A DNA stretch of 64,000 bases from Planctomycetota bacterium (GCA_965223545.1 OZ245006.1:5728001-5792000); one strand, 5' to 3'; counted from the first letter of the stretch, positions 38,360-49,334 are shown. Notes: a model not told the origin generated them from the sequence alone. Numbers and translations: made by a program.

Positions 38360-41300
38360 TCAGAACCGGTACGCCAGCACCGTGCTGTCGATCGAAGGCG
38401 CGACTGCGGACGGGGTGTCGACGTTGTTCTCGAACACCAACCGCCAGTTCACGTAGACGATGTCGTCCGGGCCGAACGGCTCGTTGCCGCTGGCGAACGC
38501 GGCGAGCACGTGCGGCGACAGCAGCTCCTCGGGCTCGTCGCGGTAGTCGGTGATGTTGCGGTGGTAGAAGTGGGTCCACTGCGCGGTGCCGCCGCGGTCG
38601 TCGAACTTTCGGATGTGCGCGTCGCCCGCTTTGAGCGGGTCGAGATCGACGTTGCCCGCGGTCGGCAACGGCAGGCCGAGCGCCAGTGCCCGCCAGGGCG
38701 AGGGGTCGACCGCGCCGGCGGCGCGCATCTGCGGGCGCACCGAGGTGCCGGCGGGCAGCCGTGTCGCCGGCGGGTCCAGGGTGATCTGCATCGAGCGGAT
38801 CGTGCCGATGGCATACGGTCCGAGCCTCGGATCGGTGCCGCTGGCGGGCATGCGGTGTGGATTGCGTACATCGACGAAGCCCGCAGTTGCCACCGACATG
38901 CGGCGCAGGAAGTCGGCCCGCACCCAGTACACCGTGTTGTCGCCCCACGCCGTCGGATTGCCGGCCGGGTCGAAGCCGCCGGTGGCTCGCGTCTGTTGCT
39001 GCGGCTCGACCCGAATCGGCCCGGAGGCGGTGCGGCCGCCGGCGGAGACGACCCGGAAACTGGGCGAGGCCTGGGCGGCGATGCCGAGTGACACTTGCCA
39101 ACCGTTGAAGCCGGTGGCCATGAACGGATAGGCCGCCGGCAGCGTCGGCGAATCGGGATAGACCCAGAAGTCGGCCAGCAAGGGGAGGGCGATGCTCGCC
39201 AGAAGCCCATCGGTGATCGATTCGAACGAGGCGCTGCTCGACAGCGAGCTGTTGCGGAAGTTCGACCAGGTACCGCTGACTCGCACCAGGTTGCCGTTTG
39301 CGTCGGGGGCGTAGTGCTCGCCCGCGCCGCCGAGGAAGGGCGAGCACAGGTACGGCGTCGTGATGCGGTCGTTGCCTCGGCTGGAGCGACCGCCTTGCTC
39401 GGTGGCGGTCTCGTCGCGCCAGACGAAGTACGGGCGCTGGAAGGGCGGCATCGGCAAGTACTGGATCTGCCCCTGGGGACCGGTGATCGCCTTGGTGTGC
39501 GTCATGGTCCAGATCTGGTCGACGAACGCGGCGACCGGCTGCGGTCGGCGCTCGACCTCGCCGAGCAGGTCGAGGTTGCGGGCCGCGTTCTCGTCGAACT
39601 GACGGCGCAACCCCGATCCCGGCGCCGCCGGCAGACCACCGCGGTTGACGCAGTTTTCGGGCCGCCACTCGGCGTGCGACAGGAACAGGCTGGTGCGGTC
39701 GAACTCGTCGAACAGGACCGGGTCCAATTGGAAGGGGGCCCACCACATCTGCTCGATGTCGAGATTGAAGTCGGCCGGGTCCTCGCAGCTCAGTCCCAGG
39801 TCCATCTCCCGCCAAGTGGATTGCAGGCGCGCGCCGAGCGGGTTCATCGGGTTCTGGACGCCCTGACCGAACACCGCCGACGCGCTGCGGGTGATCGCCT
39901 CGCCGTTTGCGCAGGCCCACGAGGGGGGCGCCGGTTGGTTGCGGGCGTCGACGTGGCCCGAGGACCGGCTGGTCGGCCGCGCGACGAGGCGGCCGTTGCC
40001 GTCGTAGCCGGCGGCGCCAAACAGGTCGGCGATCGGTGCCGCCGCGGGGAACGGCTGTCCCGGCAGCTCGGCGTCGCGGTGGTAGGACGGCCGCTCGTCT
40101 TCGTCCTCGGTCTGCAGACGGCGCACGCAGTACGCAACCCTGTTGTCGCGCGCGTCGGCGTCGAGCGCGAACGGCACCGCGATGCCGTCGGCGGTGCGCC
40201 GCGGATCCGGAACGGAGAACCCCAGGTCGAGGGGCTCGCCGGCGAGATCTTCGACACCGCCGGCGCCGCCGCGCAGGTGAGCGAAGTACCGGTAGCGTCG
40301 TTGCTCGAACGCGATGCCTCGTTCGCGCACGGTCTCGTCCAGATACAGGCCGAGCATGGGCGACAGGCGCACCAGGGTCTGTGAGCCGTTCTCGTCCAGC
40401 GCCCGGCAGCCGACCAGGTACGGCGTGATGAACTTGTCTGCGTTGAACGAGGCCCGCGGAATCACCGCGCCGGTGCGCGCCGGCCCCGAGCCGAGCCGAA
40501 AGGCCTCCAGCGCGTCGCGATCGAACGCATCGTGCATGGCCAGAAACAGCGTGTCGTGCGGCCGGACGCTGTCGAGTGCGACGGGTTTGGAGAACTCCAC
40601 CGCGACCGAGGCGAACGGGTCCACGCCGACGTGGTGCGGGCGCGGGGTGATGCCGCCGGGCGCGAATCGGATGAACAGCGCGGGGTCGTCCCCGGTGACC
40701 TCCGTCGGCTCGGCCGGGTTGCGACGGCTGCCCTCGAAGGGCGCCACCAGCACCGCGCGCGGCGCGTTCTGCCGCAGCCAGGCCGGCAGCTGCTGGGGAT
40801 CGGTCGGGTAACCGGGAGCGGTGCTGGGATCGAGCGCGAGCAGTGCGCGGTCATCCGGCACGACGACATCGACGTGGCCGACTTCGGGCCTGCTCCTGTC
40901 GCCATCGGGGTCGACCAGAACTTCGGAGAAGATCGGTGCGCTTCCGCTGCGGCGGGGGCGGATCACCAGAGCGTCGCCGGCGTCGATCTCGTGCCGCAGA
41001 CCGTCCTTGTAGAGCCGGGCCACCAGCGTCGTCGGGTCCCGGCGGGTGACCCGCTCCAACAGGAACGGGACTCGACCGATCAGTCGCGGCGGGGTGGCGT
41101 CGCGGACGAAACCGCGCGAGACTTCGCTGCCGGTGTCGTTGGCGTTGCCGGCGCGGAAGTCCCGCACGATGCTCGAGTTGCCGGTTCCGTTCCAACCCGT
41201 GAGCGCGCCGCGGGTCGCCGGCCGCACGCCCGGCAGACTCAGCGGGCCGTCCAGGGCGATCGCGATGCGGATGTTGGCGTCGCGTTGGTTGTCGGACGGC

Positions 41301-42040
41301 GGCAGCCCCGTGGGCGTGTTGCGCCATCCCCAGCGCGGCCCCTCGTCGCCGAGCAGCACCGGATCCAGGATGATCTGCTTGCCGTGGACGGCGATGCGCG
41401 CGGGAATCGGCACGAAGGCGCCGCCGCGCGGTGGATTGTTGGGATCGGCGGCGATCTGCAGCAGCTGCACCGCCTCGGTGTTGCGCAGCCCGGTGATGTT
41501 GCCATTCGCGTCGCGCGCGACGAAGAAGTCGTCGTCGACGCCGAGGTTGTGCGAGAACGTCAGCCGCAGCCCGCAGTTGCGTGGCACCAGGGAGAACGGC
41601 ATCGTCCGCAGTGGATCCACCCGCGCGTCGAGCACGGTGCGGACCGTGCGCGACAACATCTGAAACGCGTGGCGGAACTCGGCACTGCCTTCGGCTGCGT
41701 CGATCAAGAGACGCAGCTGGAGGTCGCGCGCGTCGGGGCTGAGCATCCGGTAGCGCAAACCGGTGAGGCCGGCGACCGGCTTGCCGTCGCCGATGTCGGT
41801 GCCGATCAGCACGTCGCGCGCCACGCGACGAATGCCGCCGCCGAGCTCGCGCGCGTAGACATCGGCCAGCCGGCCAAACTCGACGCGCACGAGCTCGGCG
41901 TTGCCGCCGGGCGTGGGGTCGTCGGCGCCACCGATGGCTCCGTCGCACGCCATGATACCGAGCGCCAGCACGGCGCTCGCTGTTGCCTTGACCGCAGCAC
42001 GTCGCCGGCGCTGCGGTCTTGACTCGCCGCGTCCTCGCAT
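38360..42040 (-). CDS. Large (1226 aa) beta-rich lipoprotein with an Ig-like segment, function unknown
   Basis: RBS GGAGG; LALGIMAC lipobox-like; VAVEFSKPV...GVEDLAGEPL Ig-like motif. Confidence 0.7.
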   Translation of the reverse strand: MRGRGESRPQRRRRAAVKATASAVLALGIMACDGAIGGADDPTPGGNAELVRVEFGRLADVYARELGGGIRRVARDVLIGTDIGDGKPVAGLTGLRYRMLSPDARDLQLRLLIDAAEGSAEFRHAFQMLSRTVRTVLDARVDPLRTMPFSLVPRNCGLRLTFSHNLGVDDDFFVARDANGNITGLRNTEAVQLLQIAADPNNPPRGGAFVPIPARIAVHGKQIILDPVLLGDEGPRWGWRNTPTGLPPSDNQRDANIRIAIALDGPLSLPGVRPATRGALTGWNGTGNSSIVRDFRAGNANDTGSEVSRGFVRDATPPRLIGRVPFLLERVTRRDPTTLVARLYKDGLRHEIDAGDALVIRPRRSGSAPIFSEVLVDPDGDRSRPEVGHVDVVVPDDRALLALDPSTAPGYPTDPQQLPAWLRQNAPRAVLVAPFEGSRRNPAEPTEVTGDDPALFIRFAPGGITPRPHHVGVDPFASVAVEFSKPVALDSVRPHDTLFLAMHDAFDRDALEAFRLGSGPARTGAVIPRASFNADKFITPYLVGCRALDENGSQTLVRLSPMLGLYLDETVRERGIAFEQRRYRYFAHLRGGAGGVEDLAGEPLDLGFSVPDPRRTADGIAVPFALDADARDNRVAYCVRRLQTEDEDERPSYHRDAELPGQPFPAAAPIADLFGAAGYDGNGRLVARPTSRSSGHVDARNQPAPPSWACANGEAITRSASAVFGQGVQNPMNPLGARLQSTWREMDLGLSCEDPADFNLDIEQMWWAPFQLDPVLFDEFDRTSLFLSHAEWRPENCVNRGGLPAAPGSGLRRQFDENAARNLDLLGEVERRPQPVAAFVDQIWTMTHTKAITGPQGQIQYLPMPPFQRPYFVWRDETATEQGGRSSRGNDRITTPYLCSPFLGGAGEHYAPDANGNLVRVSGTWSNFRNSSLSSSASFESITDGLLASIALPLLADFWVYPDSPTLPAAYPFMATGFNGWQVSLGIAAQASPSFRVVSAGGRTASGPIRVEPQQQTRATGGFDPAGNPTAWGDNTVYWVRADFLRRMSVATAGFVDVRNPHRMPASGTDPRLGPYAIGTIRSMQITLDPPATRLPAGTSVRPQMRAAGAVDPSPWRALALGLPLPTAGNVDLDPLKAGDAHIRKFDDRGGTAQWTHFYHRNITDYRDEPEELLSPHVLAAFASGNEPFGPDDIVYVNWRLVFENNVDTPSAVAPSIDSTVLAYRF

Positions 42041-42166
42041 GAAAGCGACCTCCGTTCGAGCCCCCGGACCACGGGGCGACTACTGGTTAGCTCATAGCGG
42101 TGCTGGTCCGACGAGGTAACCGCTCTCGGCAGCGGCTCGGCGAGCGGCGCTTGCGGAGGTCGGCGA

Positions 42167-44149
42167 TCAGCTCGCGGCGGACCCCAGCGCGGCCGCCAGC
42201 GCGCGACGCCGGTTCTCGTCGAAGGAGCGGCCGCCGAAGCGAACGTCTTGATAGGCGCGGAACGCCGCCGCCAGCGCGTCGTGGTCGAGTCCCTTCACCC
42301 GTTGCAGCGCCGCGAGATAGGCCTCGAGCGAGGTGTTGCGCGCCCGGGGGTGGCCTGCGTCGGCGAGTCGCTGCAGCAATCGCAGCAGCAGCTGGCGGCA
42401 CGCCTTCACGTCGCTGGTCGTGGCGGGCGCCGTGCTCCGCTGCACGCGCGCCGGGCGCAGCAGCATCAGGGCCGCGAGGATCAACAGGCCGAGCCAGGGA
42501 GCGACCTTTCCCGCTCGCGACGACCACCGGTCCCAGTCGAGGGCGTCCCAGGCACTCTGCTGGAGCTGCAGCTCCGGTCCGGTGTCCGGCGTCTCGGTCG
42601 GCGTCGGCCATCGGGCCGTCGCGTCGGCCAAGATGGCGGCCGGGGTTGGATCGAACACCACCCAGCCGAGCTCCTCGAACGGCAGCTCGACCCACGCGTG
42701 CGCATGTCGTGAGCCGAAGATCCGCTCGTTGGATTCGCTGCCGGTGGTGCCCCCGTACAGCCCGACGGCGATCCGACACGGCACGCCGGAGTGCCTGAGC
42801 AGCACCGCCATCGCCGAGGCGAAGTGCATGCAGAAACCGCGATTGTCGCCGAACAAGAAGTTGACGAGTGCGTGCTGCGAGTCGCCGACGGGGTCGCGCA
42901 GTGCGTAGCCGCAGCGGCGGCCCAGTCCGTGCGCGATGTTGGTGGCGATCGTCTCGGGACGATGCGCGCCGTCGGCGAGCTCGCGGGCGAGCCGAGCCAA
43001 GTCGTCGCGCCGCAGCGCCGCCGGCAGTGCGGTCAAGTGCGAGAACCGCCCGTCGATCGGCGTGCCGACCACCGCCTCGCCCAGGTCTTGGAACTGTACG
43101 CGGTATTGGATCGGGCCGCGCGGCGCCGCCTCGCGCAGGCTCGCGCTGAGCGGCTCGACCCAGAGCCGCGGGCCGTCGTTCGGCGCGAAGATCTCGAACG
43201 TGCCCGGCGGCACGTAGATGAAGCCCGAATGCCCCTCGAGCCGGTGAATGTCGAGAGGCTGGGCGCGCACGCCGGGAACCGGTCGCTGAAAGTAGCGGCG
43301 GCGGCGCAGATCGTGCCGCTGTGGTTGCACCGGCGCGACATCCCAGCGGTCGATGCCGGCGACGTCGAAGTGTCCGCAGCGCAGGTACAAGTCGTCGGGA
43401 GCGGTTGCGTCGGGTGCGACCCGCACGCTGACCAGCTCGTCCTCGATCAGGTTGAGCGGCCCGGTCGGTCCGCGGCCGAGCTCGAACTGCGTGCTCACGC
43501 CGACTTGGCGTGGTGGCGCGGGTGCGGTCCGCAGCGCGGTGCGGTTCGGATTCGGCAAACTGCGCAGTAGCTGGTATGCCCCGCTGAAGGCCAGCAGGCA
43601 CGCCGCGGCGACCGCCGCTCGATGCAGGTTGCGTCCGGTGCGCGATGCGGCTGCCAGCCGCGCGGCGACCGCGCGCAGCGTGCGCGCCCGGCGCGACTCG
43701 TGCTGCAGCACCAGCGAGGCCGCGCACACGAACACGATGACCTGGCCCAGCGGCGTGCGGCTCTGCAGGATGGCACCGATCAGCAGCACGCACAGCGACA
43801 AGAACAGCGAGTGCAGGATGTCGAGCTCTTGATAGCGCAGCGTCGAGTATGCGAGTGGCGCGATCAGCAGATACGTCAGCGCCGCCTGCGGCACGGGTGC
43901 GGCGTCGGTTTGGAAGATGACGAAGGCCAGCGTTCCCTGCAGCATGGCCGCGGCGGCCAGGCGCTCGACGAAGGAGAGGCGGCCGAAGACCGAGCCGGTG
44001 TTGCCCAGCCACAAGAACAGCACGCCGGGCAACGCGAACAGGATCAGCCACAGCGGCGAGAACAGCTGCATCGGCAGTGCCGCGGCCGCGCTGCCGACCG
44101 CGGCGGCGCGGGCCATGCCGACGATGTGCGGGCGGCGGCTCGGCGTCAC
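42167..44149 (-). CDS. Membrane transglutaminase-like protein (TgpA/DUF3488 type, DUF4129-like tail)
   Basis: N-terminal TMs; GFCMHFASAMAVLLR, HAHAWVE, WVVFDPTP; YQDVRFG. Confidence 0.9.
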   Translation of the reverse strand: MTPSRRPHIVGMARAAAVGSAAAALPMQLFSPLWLILFALPGVLFLWLGNTGSVFGRLSFVERLAAAAMLQGTLAFVIFQTDAAPVPQAALTYLLIAPLAYSTLRYQELDILHSLFLSLCVLLIGAILQSRTPLGQVIVFVCAASLVLQHESRRARTLRAVAARLAAASRTGRNLHRAAVAAACLLAFSGAYQLLRSLPNPNRTALRTAPAPPRQVGVSTQFELGRGPTGPLNLIEDELVSVRVAPDATAPDDLYLRCGHFDVAGIDRWDVAPVQPQRHDLRRRRYFQRPVPGVRAQPLDIHRLEGHSGFIYVPPGTFEIFAPNDGPRLWVEPLSASLREAAPRGPIQYRVQFQDLGEAVVGTPIDGRFSHLTALPAALRRDDLARLARELADGAHRPETIATNIAHGLGRRCGYALRDPVGDSQHALVNFLFGDNRGFCMHFASAMAVLLRHSGVPCRIAVGLYGGTTGSESNERIFGSRHAHAWVELPFEELGWVVFDPTPAAILADATARWPTPTETPDTGPELQLQQSAWDALDWDRWSSRAGKVAPWLGLLILAALMLLRPARVQRSTAPATTSDVKACRQLLLRLLQRLADAGHPRARNTSLEAYLAALQRVKGLDHDALAAAFRAYQDVRFGGRSFDENRRRALAAALGSAAS

Positions 44150-45210
44150 CGCTGCCTCCGGCGCTGAATCAGCCGAACGTTGCCGACCGCGGCCCGGTCG
44201 TCGCGGGCAGCGAACCCGCCCCCGGCGACCCACAGGCACGTGCCGAACGATCTCAGCGTCTCGATGTGCTCTTCGTGCAAGCTGTGGTGCACGACCGTGC
44301 TGGCGGATGCCAGCGCTGTGAGCAGCTCTTCGGTGGCGAGTGGCGCGCGGCAAGAGGTCTGCGCTACCGAGTCGTCGACGAGGAAAACCGTGAGCTCGTA
44401 GCCGCGCTGCGGCAGCTGATCGATCAGGGTCGCGGCGGCGCCGAGCGACCACTCGAGCTGGCGGTTGCGCGGGGTGGCGGCGTAGCCCGGCGGCCGGCGC
44501 AGGTCGATCACGACGCAGGTGTCGCGGTCCACTTCGCCGCGCATATCACGGGCCACCAGCGTCGCGGATGCCGCCGACCGCAGTGCATGCACGCTGCGCG
44601 CGTCCTCGCCCACCCGGTACTCGCGCAGCGCGTAGAAATCCTGGCTGCCGAGCCGGCGCTGCGCCGGCACTCCGGAGGCCTCGATCTGGGATGGCAGCCA
44701 GTGCGTCGCCAGATCGACGCGGGCCGGCTCGGAGATGACCTCGGCGTCGCATTGCAGCACCGCCCAGTTGCGCACCAGCCCGAGCGGGTAGCAGGTCTCA
44801 CACTCCCATTCGCGCCGCGCGTAGCGGCCGCGCCGCAGGCAGCGCGCGGGTAGGTGAGCGGTCGCCGATTCGCCGGCGCCCAGGAGCTCCAGGTGGGCCG
44901 CGCCGGCGCGCGTGCGCGTCGCGGGTTCGGAGAGAAACAGATCGCGCACGGCGCGGCGCGGGCTGCGGTTGTAGATATGCACCCGCTCCTCGAACAGCGC
45001 ACCGGCCTGGGTACGGCGTGGCGCCACGCTGACTTCGAGCTGCGGCAGGCCGCCGATGCGCCACAGCGCGTCGACCAGCAGCGGGGCGAGCAGCAGGGCG
45101 GCGCCGAGGCACGCGTTGGGGTCACCGGTCATCCAGGCACCGAGGCTGGCGAGTGAGGCCAGCAACGCCAGCATGCGCCCGCGCAGCGTGAGCTCCCAGC
45201 GCGTCTTCAC
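44146..45210 (-). CDS. DUF58 domain protein
   Basis: YPLGL, DFYALREYRVGEDARSVH..RSA; lies between MoxR and the transglutaminase; start approximate. Confidence 0.85.
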   Translation of the reverse strand: MKTRWELTLRGRMLALLASLASLGAWMTGDPNACLGAALLLAPLLVDALWRIGGLPQLEVSVAPRRTQAGALFEERVHIYNRSPRRAVRDLFLSEPATRTRAGAAHLELLGAGESATAHLPARCLRRGRYARREWECETCYPLGLVRNWAVLQCDAEVISEPARVDLATHWLPSQIEASGVPAQRRLGSQDFYALREYRVGEDARSVHALRSAASATLVARDMRGEVDRDTCVVIDLRRPPGYAATPRNRQLEWSLGAAATLIDQLPQRGYELTVFLVDDSVAQTSCRAPLATEELLTALASASTVVHHSLHEEHIETLRSFGTCLWVAGGGFAARDDRAAVGNVRLIQRRRQR

Positions 45211-45224
45211 TCGGTCCACGGTAC

Positions 45225-46154
45225 TCAGTCGGGGCTTTCCACCGCCGTCAAGATCTCGCCCAGCAGCGCTTCGGCAGCGGTGTCGCCGCCGCGCGCGATC
45301 ATGCGGTGGGCGAACACCGGCACCATGAGGGCGCGGACGTCGTCGGGGACGGCGTAGTCCCGGTCGTGGACCAGGGCGCGGGCCCGGCAGGCGCGGTGCA
45401 GTGCCTGCGCCGCTCGCGTACTCACGCCGACGCGGATCTCCGCCGTCTTTCTGGTGCGGCTGGCGAGCTCGACGATGTAGGCGGCGAGCTCGCGCTGGAC
45501 GGTGACCGCCCGGGTCTGCGCCTGCGCGGCGAGCAGATCGGCCGCGGTGCCCACCGGGGACAGCGCGGCGATGTGCTCGTGGCCGTCCTCGCGGGCGACG
45601 ATGTCGACCTCGTCGTCGCTGCCCGGGTAGCCGATGCGCACCCGCATCAAGAAGCGGTCGAGCTGACTCTCGGGCAGCGGATACGTGCCGGCAAAGGTCG
45701 TGGGGTTCTGCGTGGCGACGACGAAGAACGGATCGGGCAGCGCGTGGGTGACCCGGTCGATCGAGACGCTGCGCTCCTGCATCGCTTCCAGCAGCGCGGA
45801 CTGAGTGCGTGGGGGAGTGCGGTTGAGCTCGTCGGCGACCAGCACGGAGGTGAACACCGGGCCCTGCCGGAAGCTGATCTCGCCGGTCTTCTGGTGGTAG
45901 ATCTGGGCGCCGACGATGTCGGCGGGCAGCAGGTCCGCGGTGCACTGCACGCGTTGGAACGGCAGGTCGAGGCAGCGGGCCAGTGCGCGTGCGAGCAGGG
46001 TCTTGCCGACCCCCGGCCGGTCCTCGATCAACAGGTGGCCGCGCGAAAGCAGGGTGATCGCGGCGAGCTCGATCACGTCGGGCTTGCCGGCGAGCGCCCG
46101 TCCGACCCCTTCACAGAGCGCTGCGGCGAAACGAGTGGTGGTGGACTGGGTCAT
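45225..46154 (-). CDS. MoxR-family AAA+ ATPase
   Basis: LIEDRPGVGKT, RVQCTADLLPAD, DELNRTPPRTQSALLEAMQE, ATQNP, YPLPESQLDRF. Confidence 0.95.
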   Translation of the reverse strand: MTQSTTTRFAAALCEGVGRALAGKPDVIELAAITLLSRGHLLIEDRPGVGKTLLARALARCLDLPFQRVQCTADLLPADIVGAQIYHQKTGEISFRQGPVFTSVLVADELNRTPPRTQSALLEAMQERSVSIDRVTHALPDPFFVVATQNPTTFAGTYPLPESQLDRFLMRVRIGYPGSDDEVDIVAREDGHEHIAALSPVGTAADLLAAQAQTRAVTVQRELAAYIVELASRTRKTAEIRVGVSTRAAQALHRACRARALVHDRDYAVPDDVRALMVPVFAHRMIARGGDTAAEALLGEILTAVESPD

Positions 46155-46370
46155 GTGGGGTGCGTGGGGACGCCCACGCCGAAGCGCAGTGTACGGGATC
46201 GGGGGCCGCGGTCCCGCGTTCGAATGCGCCGGGCGGCTTGCTCAACGCGGACAGCAGTGCGTCGGATCAGTCGGAGACCGCCGGGCGCCGGGGCGTGCCC
46301 GGACCGGAAAATATTGTGCGGGCTGCACTCGCGGTCCATCGGCCGCGGCCAGAGTGTCGATAGCAGGGGC

Positions 46371-47495
46371 ATGGTCGCGATCGCGTCGGTGTGCTGTTGG
46401 GCCTTGCTGTCCGTCCAGGCTCCGGAGGCGGAGCCGGTCAGCGACGCCTTGGCGGTGATCGTCACCGAGCGACGAGTCGGCGGAGCGTTGCCGTTGCAGC
46501 GGCTCGGGCTGGGCGATGGCGGGCTCGACGGAGACCGGTTGGCGGCCGCCGGTCCCCGCCTGGGGCGGACCCGCACCCCGGGCGGCGTGCTGGTGCGCGC
46601 GCAGGCGCAGGGTGTCAAGCTCGACTTCCCTTCCGGCGCTGAGCTGTTGGCGGCGCCGGACGGTTGGCTGCACGGTCGCGACGACAGGGCCCACGTGGCG
46701 CGCAGCGGAACCTACGAGCTGTGGTTGGCGGACGGCACGCGCGTGCGCATCGGCCTCGCCGGGCCCCGGCGGCCGTTGGCCAAAGTGGAGTGCATCGCGG
46801 GTTCGCGGTCGTTGGTCTTGTTCCGGGGGCGCCGGCCGCAGTTGCAGTGGGTGGCGGCGCCGCCGCCTGCGCCGATCACCGTGGCCGTGCTCGGGCGCGG
46901 CGACGTGCTCTACCGCGCCGCCGCGACCGGACCGATCCTGACCCTCGAACGCCTCGTCTGTCCGCCCGCCGCCCGCCGCGTCTATCCCGAGCACCGCGTC
47001 GTGCTGGCCGGCGCGCCGCTCGCGGCATCGCTGGTCGCGTTGCCGGCGCGCGTCCCGCCGAAGCCGCTGGAGTTCCCGGCAGCGCCGGCAATCGCCGCCG
47101 AGGTGGCGCGCGCTGCGGGCGTGCTGTTTCCCACGGGCTTCCGGGAGCGGCCGCCGCGGGCGGTCGGCGAAGTCCTGTTCGAGCTGTCGGGAGGGCTGCG
47201 GCTTTGGATTGACGAGGAGCCGGAGCACGGTCTCGCGCTGGCGCTGGGTCCGCCGGCCGGCGAGGCGGTCGTCGAATGGCGCTGCGGCAGCCGCACGACG
47301 CTGCAGCTCATGCGTCCACCTGCGGAAGACGATGGCGGCCCGCGCTACTTCGGTCGCGCGGTCGACTTGACCGATTGGGTTCGACCGCTTTGGCCGCTGC
47401 GGCCATCGGCGGCGGGCGACGCCCAAGTGCGCGCCGTCTTGGCTGCGCTGCGCCGGCCCCGCCCCGTTGCGGCCGGCTTCGACGCCGGCCGTTGA
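46371..47495 (+). CDS. Hypothetical secreted protein
   Basis: MVAIASVCCWALLSVQ signal-like start; 374-aa open frame, divergent from MoxR. Confidence 0.55.
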   Translation: MVAIASVCCWALLSVQAPEAEPVSDALAVIVTERRVGGALPLQRLGLGDGGLDGDRLAAAGPRLGRTRTPGGVLVRAQAQGVKLDFPSGAELLAAPDGWLHGRDDRAHVARSGTYELWLADGTRVRIGLAGPRRPLAKVECIAGSRSLVLFRGRRPQLQWVAAPPPAPITVAVLGRGDVLYRAAATGPILTLERLVCPPAARRVYPEHRVVLAGAPLAASLVALPARVPPKPLEFPAAPAIAAEVARAAGVLFPTGFRERPPRAVGEVLFELSGGLRLWIDEEPEHGLALALGPPAGEAVVEWRCGSRTTLQLMRPPAEDDGGPRYFGRAVDLTDWVRPLWPLRPSAAGDAQVRAVLAALRRPRPVAAGFDAGR

Positions 47496-47704
47496 ACGAT
47501 TCGCGGGCGCCTCGCGCGCGGCAGCCCGCGTTCGTCGTCCATGCTGCGAAAGCCTGGCCGGTTCCGCGGACTCCCTGCGCATTGGTTTTCGGGCACGGCC
47601 CGGCGGGATACGCAACCGAGGCGGTGCCCAACTCGCGAAATCTCGCTCAGGCCGACGTCTGGGCGAAGTCATCGCTGACACCACTGCCCTCAAGGAGATC
47701 CGAG

Positions 47705-48343
47705 ATGAGAGTTCGAATGACGTGCCTGCTGGGGATGATGTCCATGCTGACCCTGTTCAGCCCCGACGGCCGATCGCAAGTGGTCATCAAGCAAACCGCC
47801 GACGTGAACGGCCAAGGGATCGGAGGACCCTTGGTCTCCAAGAACGGTGCCCAGCTGCTCCGTACTCCGAATGGCATCATGATTGCGGCCTCGATGCCGA
47901 TCCCGGCCCCCGGAACCTATAGCTATCCCCCTGGGAATGCCTACCAGCCCACGGTCTTCATGGGGTCACCGGAGGTGTTCACCGGTTGGGTGTTCTTCTT
48001 CAACAACCCGAGTCAGTGTCTCGTTCCACACGCTTGCGTGCCACCTCCTGCGGGCACGCCGGCGCCGAACGACTTCACTCGGGCATCTGGCGGCGTTTAC
48101 AACTTCTCGGGCCACATAGTGGCTGGCGGCGGCCGACTGACTCTGCTCGGCCACATCTCTGTCGGACAAACACAGTTTGGCGGGCCGTCGACGCTGCAGA
48201 ATCCCCAGGGTGCCGAGATTCACGTCGCCATCGCGCCGCACGGCACCCTGCAACCGGCGCTCATGCCGACGCAGATCATGACGCCGATTGGCGGCCCGCC
48301 GCACTGGTGGTTGTCGCTCTTCCTGGATCCGGCGCAGAGCTGA
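47705..48343 (+). CDS. Hypothetical secreted Pro/Gly-rich protein
   Basis: RBS AGGAG, signal peptide, FTGWVFFFNNPSQC...AEIHVAIAPHG; visibly lower GC than neighbours. Confidence 0.7.
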   Translation: MRVRMTCLLGMMSMLTLFSPDGRSQVVIKQTADVNGQGIGGPLVSKNGAQLLRTPNGIMIAASMPIPAPGTYSYPPGNAYQPTVFMGSPEVFTGWVFFFNNPSQCLVPHACVPPPAGTPAPNDFTRASGGVYNFSGHIVAGGGRLTLLGHISVGQTQFGGPSTLQNPQGAEIHVAIAPHGTLQPALMPTQIMTPIGGPPHWWLSLFLDPAQS

Positions 48344-48347
48344 CCGA

Positions 48348-49325
48348 TCAGCGCTTCTCGGCGATCGCCTCGCGGGCGCGGCGCGTGTCGTGCGCGGCGA
48401 GCGCCGCCTCGACGAACGGCAGGTCGCGGCCGCCGGTGCGCTGCATGCGCAGTAGGGCTTCGAGCGCGGCGTGGGTCTGGGTCGCCCCGAGCGCGAGCAG
48501 GAGCTTGGCACGGGTCGTCTGATGCTGCTGCCGCACCAGGTGCGGGCGCAGCACGTCGATCGCTTTCTCGCCGTGCAGGGCCTTGGCGATGCGGCCGACG
48601 GTGATCGCGAAGCGGCGGTCGTCGACGGCGTCGAACGACAGGCACAGCGCGTCGACGGTGCCGGGGAGGCGCATCTCGGCGCACAGCTGAGCCAGCGCGA
48701 TCTTGAAGCGCACGTCCTCGGTCTCGCCGGTGGCGCGGGCCATCAGCTGGCCCTTTTGCGGGGCACCGAGGGCGTCGCGCAGCGCGCTTCTCTCGATGAA
48801 CGCGCCGACGGCCTCTTCGCGGATGCCCGGCGGCCCGTCGAAGACCAACGCCAAGAGCGGCCCCGCGGTGTCGCCGGCCGCGACGCCGTGCTCGCCGGCC
48901 AGGATCAGCCGCGCCAGCTCGACGGCGGCGGACTCGTCCACGTCGGGGACGTCCGGGTTGCTGCCGGGGTGGCCGGTCATCTTGAAGTAGGGCGCGCGGC
49001 TGCCCGGCAGTCCCAGAGCGTGGGCCTTGTCGGCAAAGCTCGACAGGCAGTACAGCCGCTGCACGCCCGGCTTGGGCCGGGTGTGCTCCGACAGCCGCTT
49101 GTGTTCGATGACGGTGAGCTCGTCGATCGGCTCGCCGCGCAGAGTGGTCGAGATGCGCAGCCGGTGCGCGATGAGCTGCTTGCCCAGCGGCTGCACACCG
49201 ACGCCGGTGGCGACGACCACTCGGTCGGCGGCGGCGACCGCGCGCCGCAGCTGTTGGGAGGAGACCGGGGCCGACACCGCGGTGGCCGCCATCAGGACGC
49301 AGGTGCAGAGGATCGCTGGCTTCAT
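48348..49325 (-). CDS. Secreted HEAT-repeat protein
   Basis: Signal peptide, N-terminal beta domain, helical HEAT-like repeats. Confidence 0.65.
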   Translation of the reverse strand: MKPAILCTCVLMAATAVSAPVSSQQLRRAVAAADRVVVATGVGVQPLGKQLIAHRLRISTTLRGEPIDELTVIEHKRLSEHTRPKPGVQRLYCLSSFADKAHALGLPGSRAPYFKMTGHPGSNPDVPDVDESAAVELARLILAGEHGVAAGDTAGPLLALVFDGPPGIREEAVGAFIERSALRDALGAPQKGQLMARATGETEDVRFKIALAQLCAEMRLPGTVDALCLSFDAVDDRRFAITVGRIAKALHGEKAIDVLRPHLVRQQHQTTRAKLLLALGATQTHAALEALLRMQRTGGRDLPFVEAALAAHDTRRAREAIAEKR

Positions 49326-49334
49326 GTCGGTTCC

